A stretch of 64,000 nucleotides of DNA from NCBI GenBank assembly GCA_002683345.1, contig NYSX01000012.1, positions 18,057 to 82,056 of the forward strand. Direction: 5' to 3'. Source of the DNA: Flavobacteriales bacterium (lineage in GTDB: Bacteria; Bacteroidota; Bacteroidia; Flavobacteriales_D; Sanyastnellaceae). Position numbers and translations under genes: made by a program. A model generated the notes under the pieces. It saw nothing but the letters and a program-made list of their open reading frames with translations, was not told the DNA's origin and ran no database searches. Below, piece by piece: positions 63,008 to 64,000 of the stretch. Position 1 is the first letter of the stretch, and each line of letters begins with the position of its first letter.

Positions 63008-64000
63008 ATGATTCGATTCTTTCTCGCTGCAGCTGCAGTTGCCACCCTCGGGACCATGCAGGCACAATGCGACTGTCCTCCTTTGTCACAGCGCACAGAC
63101 GTCACCATCACAGACAACGGTGAAGGCACAGGCACCACCACTTGGACCTGCGACAACAACTACATCTTGGACGGCTACGTCTTCGTCAACGGTGGACAAG
63201 CCTTGACCATTGAAGCAGGAACCATCGTCAAAGGCGCCGCGGGATCGGGTGTGGACGCCGCAGCCATGATTGTGTCTGCTGGAGGCCAAATCTTTGCCGA
63301 AGGCACGGCAGACTGCCCCATCATCTTCACCTTCGAAGGAGATGCCCTCGACGGTTCAACATCGTACAACACCCGCGGCCAATGGGGCGGCTTGATCGTG
63401 TTGGGTGACGCCACCACCAACTTTGGCGGACCCGCCCAAGTGGAAGGCATCCCCACAGACAACAACCAAGCCACCTACGGTGGAAGCAACGACGAAGACA
63501 ACTCTGGGGTGTTGACCTACGTGAGCATTCGTCACGGTGGAACGCAGCTCGGTGCGGCCAACGAAATCAATGGCTTGACCCTTGCTGGCGTCGGTTCCGG
63601 AACCACCATTCACCACGTCGAAGTGGTGTCCAACTTGGACGACGGCATCGAATTCTTTGGAGGTGCTGTGACCGTGGACCAGGCGCTTGTGGCCTTCTGC
63701 GGTGACGACAGCTTCGACTGGGACCAAGGCTTCCACGGTGGAGGTTCACAATGGCTTGCCGTTCAAGACCAACCCACCGGCGAAGGTGACCGCGGTGGCG
63801 AACTCGACGGGGACGACTCAGACGACAGCAACGTCAGCGCCGATGAAATGCCCTTTGCCACGCCCACCATCGAAGGTTGGACCGTTGTCGGCGTGGGTGG
63901 ACAGCAAGGCTTGCTCTTCCGCAATGGTTCTGGAGGCCACGTCAGCAATGGTTTGCTCTGCAACACCTCTGAAGGCATCGAGATCGAAGACAAAACCGAC
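63008..64000 (+). CDS. secreted beta-helix-like protein of unknown function (5' partial, runs off window end)
   Basis: Not in the supplied track. My hand translation from ATG 63008 is open to the window end (331 codons): MIRFFLAAAAVATLGTMQAQCDCPP... with GQWGGLIVLG, VLTYVSIRHGG, INGLTLAGVGSGTTIHHVEVVSNLDDGIEFFGGAV and CGDDSFDWDQGF segments. Confidence 0.6.
   Translation, partial: MIRFFLAAAAVATLGTMQAQCDCPPLSQRTDVTITDNGEGTGTTTWTCDNNYILDGYVFVNGGQALTIEAGTIVKGAAGSGVDAAAMIVSAGGQIFAEGTADCPIIFTFEGDALDGSTSYNTRGQWGGLIVLGDATTNFGGPAQVEGIPTDNNQATYGGSNDEDNSGVLTYVSIRHGGTQLGAANEINGLTLAGVGSGTTIHHVEVVSNLDDGIEFFGGAVTVDQALVAFCGDDSFDWDQGFHGGGSQWLAVQDQPTGEGDRGGELDGDDSDDSNVSADEMPFATPTIEGWTVVGVGGQQGLLFRNGSGGHVSNGLLCNTSEGIEIEDKTD

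Noticed and set aside
1-64000. Search for rRNA, tRNA, tmRNA, CRISPR arrays, IS elements, integrases, prophage or known defence-system genes.
   Set aside because: No intergenic region exceeds about 200 nt, and I saw no cloverleaf-compatible or repeat-spacer structure in any of them. No transposase, integrase, restriction, Cas, toxin-antitoxin or phage structural protein motifs were recognised. Apart from the 35.3-35.9 kb orphan, the window looks like core chromosome.

Overview
This is a 64-kb GC-rich chromosomal segment; hand counts of single 60-nt lines mostly give about 55-63% G+C. It looks like a Bacteroidota (Flavobacteriia/Cytophagia-like) genome. The evidence is the bamD-rpoZ-coaBC-DUF4835-recN gene order, two TonB-dependent receptors with CarboxypepD_reg-type N-termini, recurrent TAnnTTTG promoter boxes and no Shine-Dalgarno sequences.

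I call 53 protein-coding genes. One of them (63008..>64000) runs off the 3' edge and is missing from the supplied ORF track. Many track ORFs were trimmed to internal starts.

Content is mainly housekeeping:
- Information processing and core metabolism: recR, recN, dnaK, pyrG, aroA, ubiE, truA, coaBC, rpoZ, bamD, mpl, a 2-oxo-acid dehydrogenase E2 and an aminotransferase.
- An M16 peptidase pair.
- Envelope glycosyltransferases.
- A ZIP/DtxR metal module.
- A paaABCDE+paaI phenylacetyl-CoA epoxidase cluster.
- Transporters: SSS, TrkH, AI-2E, ABC-F, an MsbA-like exporter and an MMPL transporter.
- An Lhr-type helicase.

I found no rRNA, tRNA, CRISPR array, IS element or integrase. I also found no clear-cut new multi-gene system and do not want to overstate one.

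The observations I consider most worth follow-up are:
1. A TAnnTTTG-like -7 box lies 4-7 nt from the start codon of at least 14 genes, which suggests widespread leaderless mRNAs. One case is a 30-nt divergent intergenic region built from two back-to-back boxes that form a perfect palindrome.
2. A lower-GC orphan gene, preceded by a perfect 9-bp hairpin, sits at the end of the paa cluster.
3. A large TonB-dependent receptor is paired with a secreted beta-helix-like protein of unknown function.
4. An archaeal-type DGGGP-synthase-like UbiA prenyltransferase lies next to an MMPL transporter.
5. A GT2 glycosyltransferase is fused to what looks like an internally deleted phosphoglycosyl-transferase domain.
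6. Palindromic candidate operators lie upstream of the DtxR-like gene, dnaK, pyrG and the aminotransferase gene.

All functional calls rest on motif and family recognition by eye. No database searches were run.
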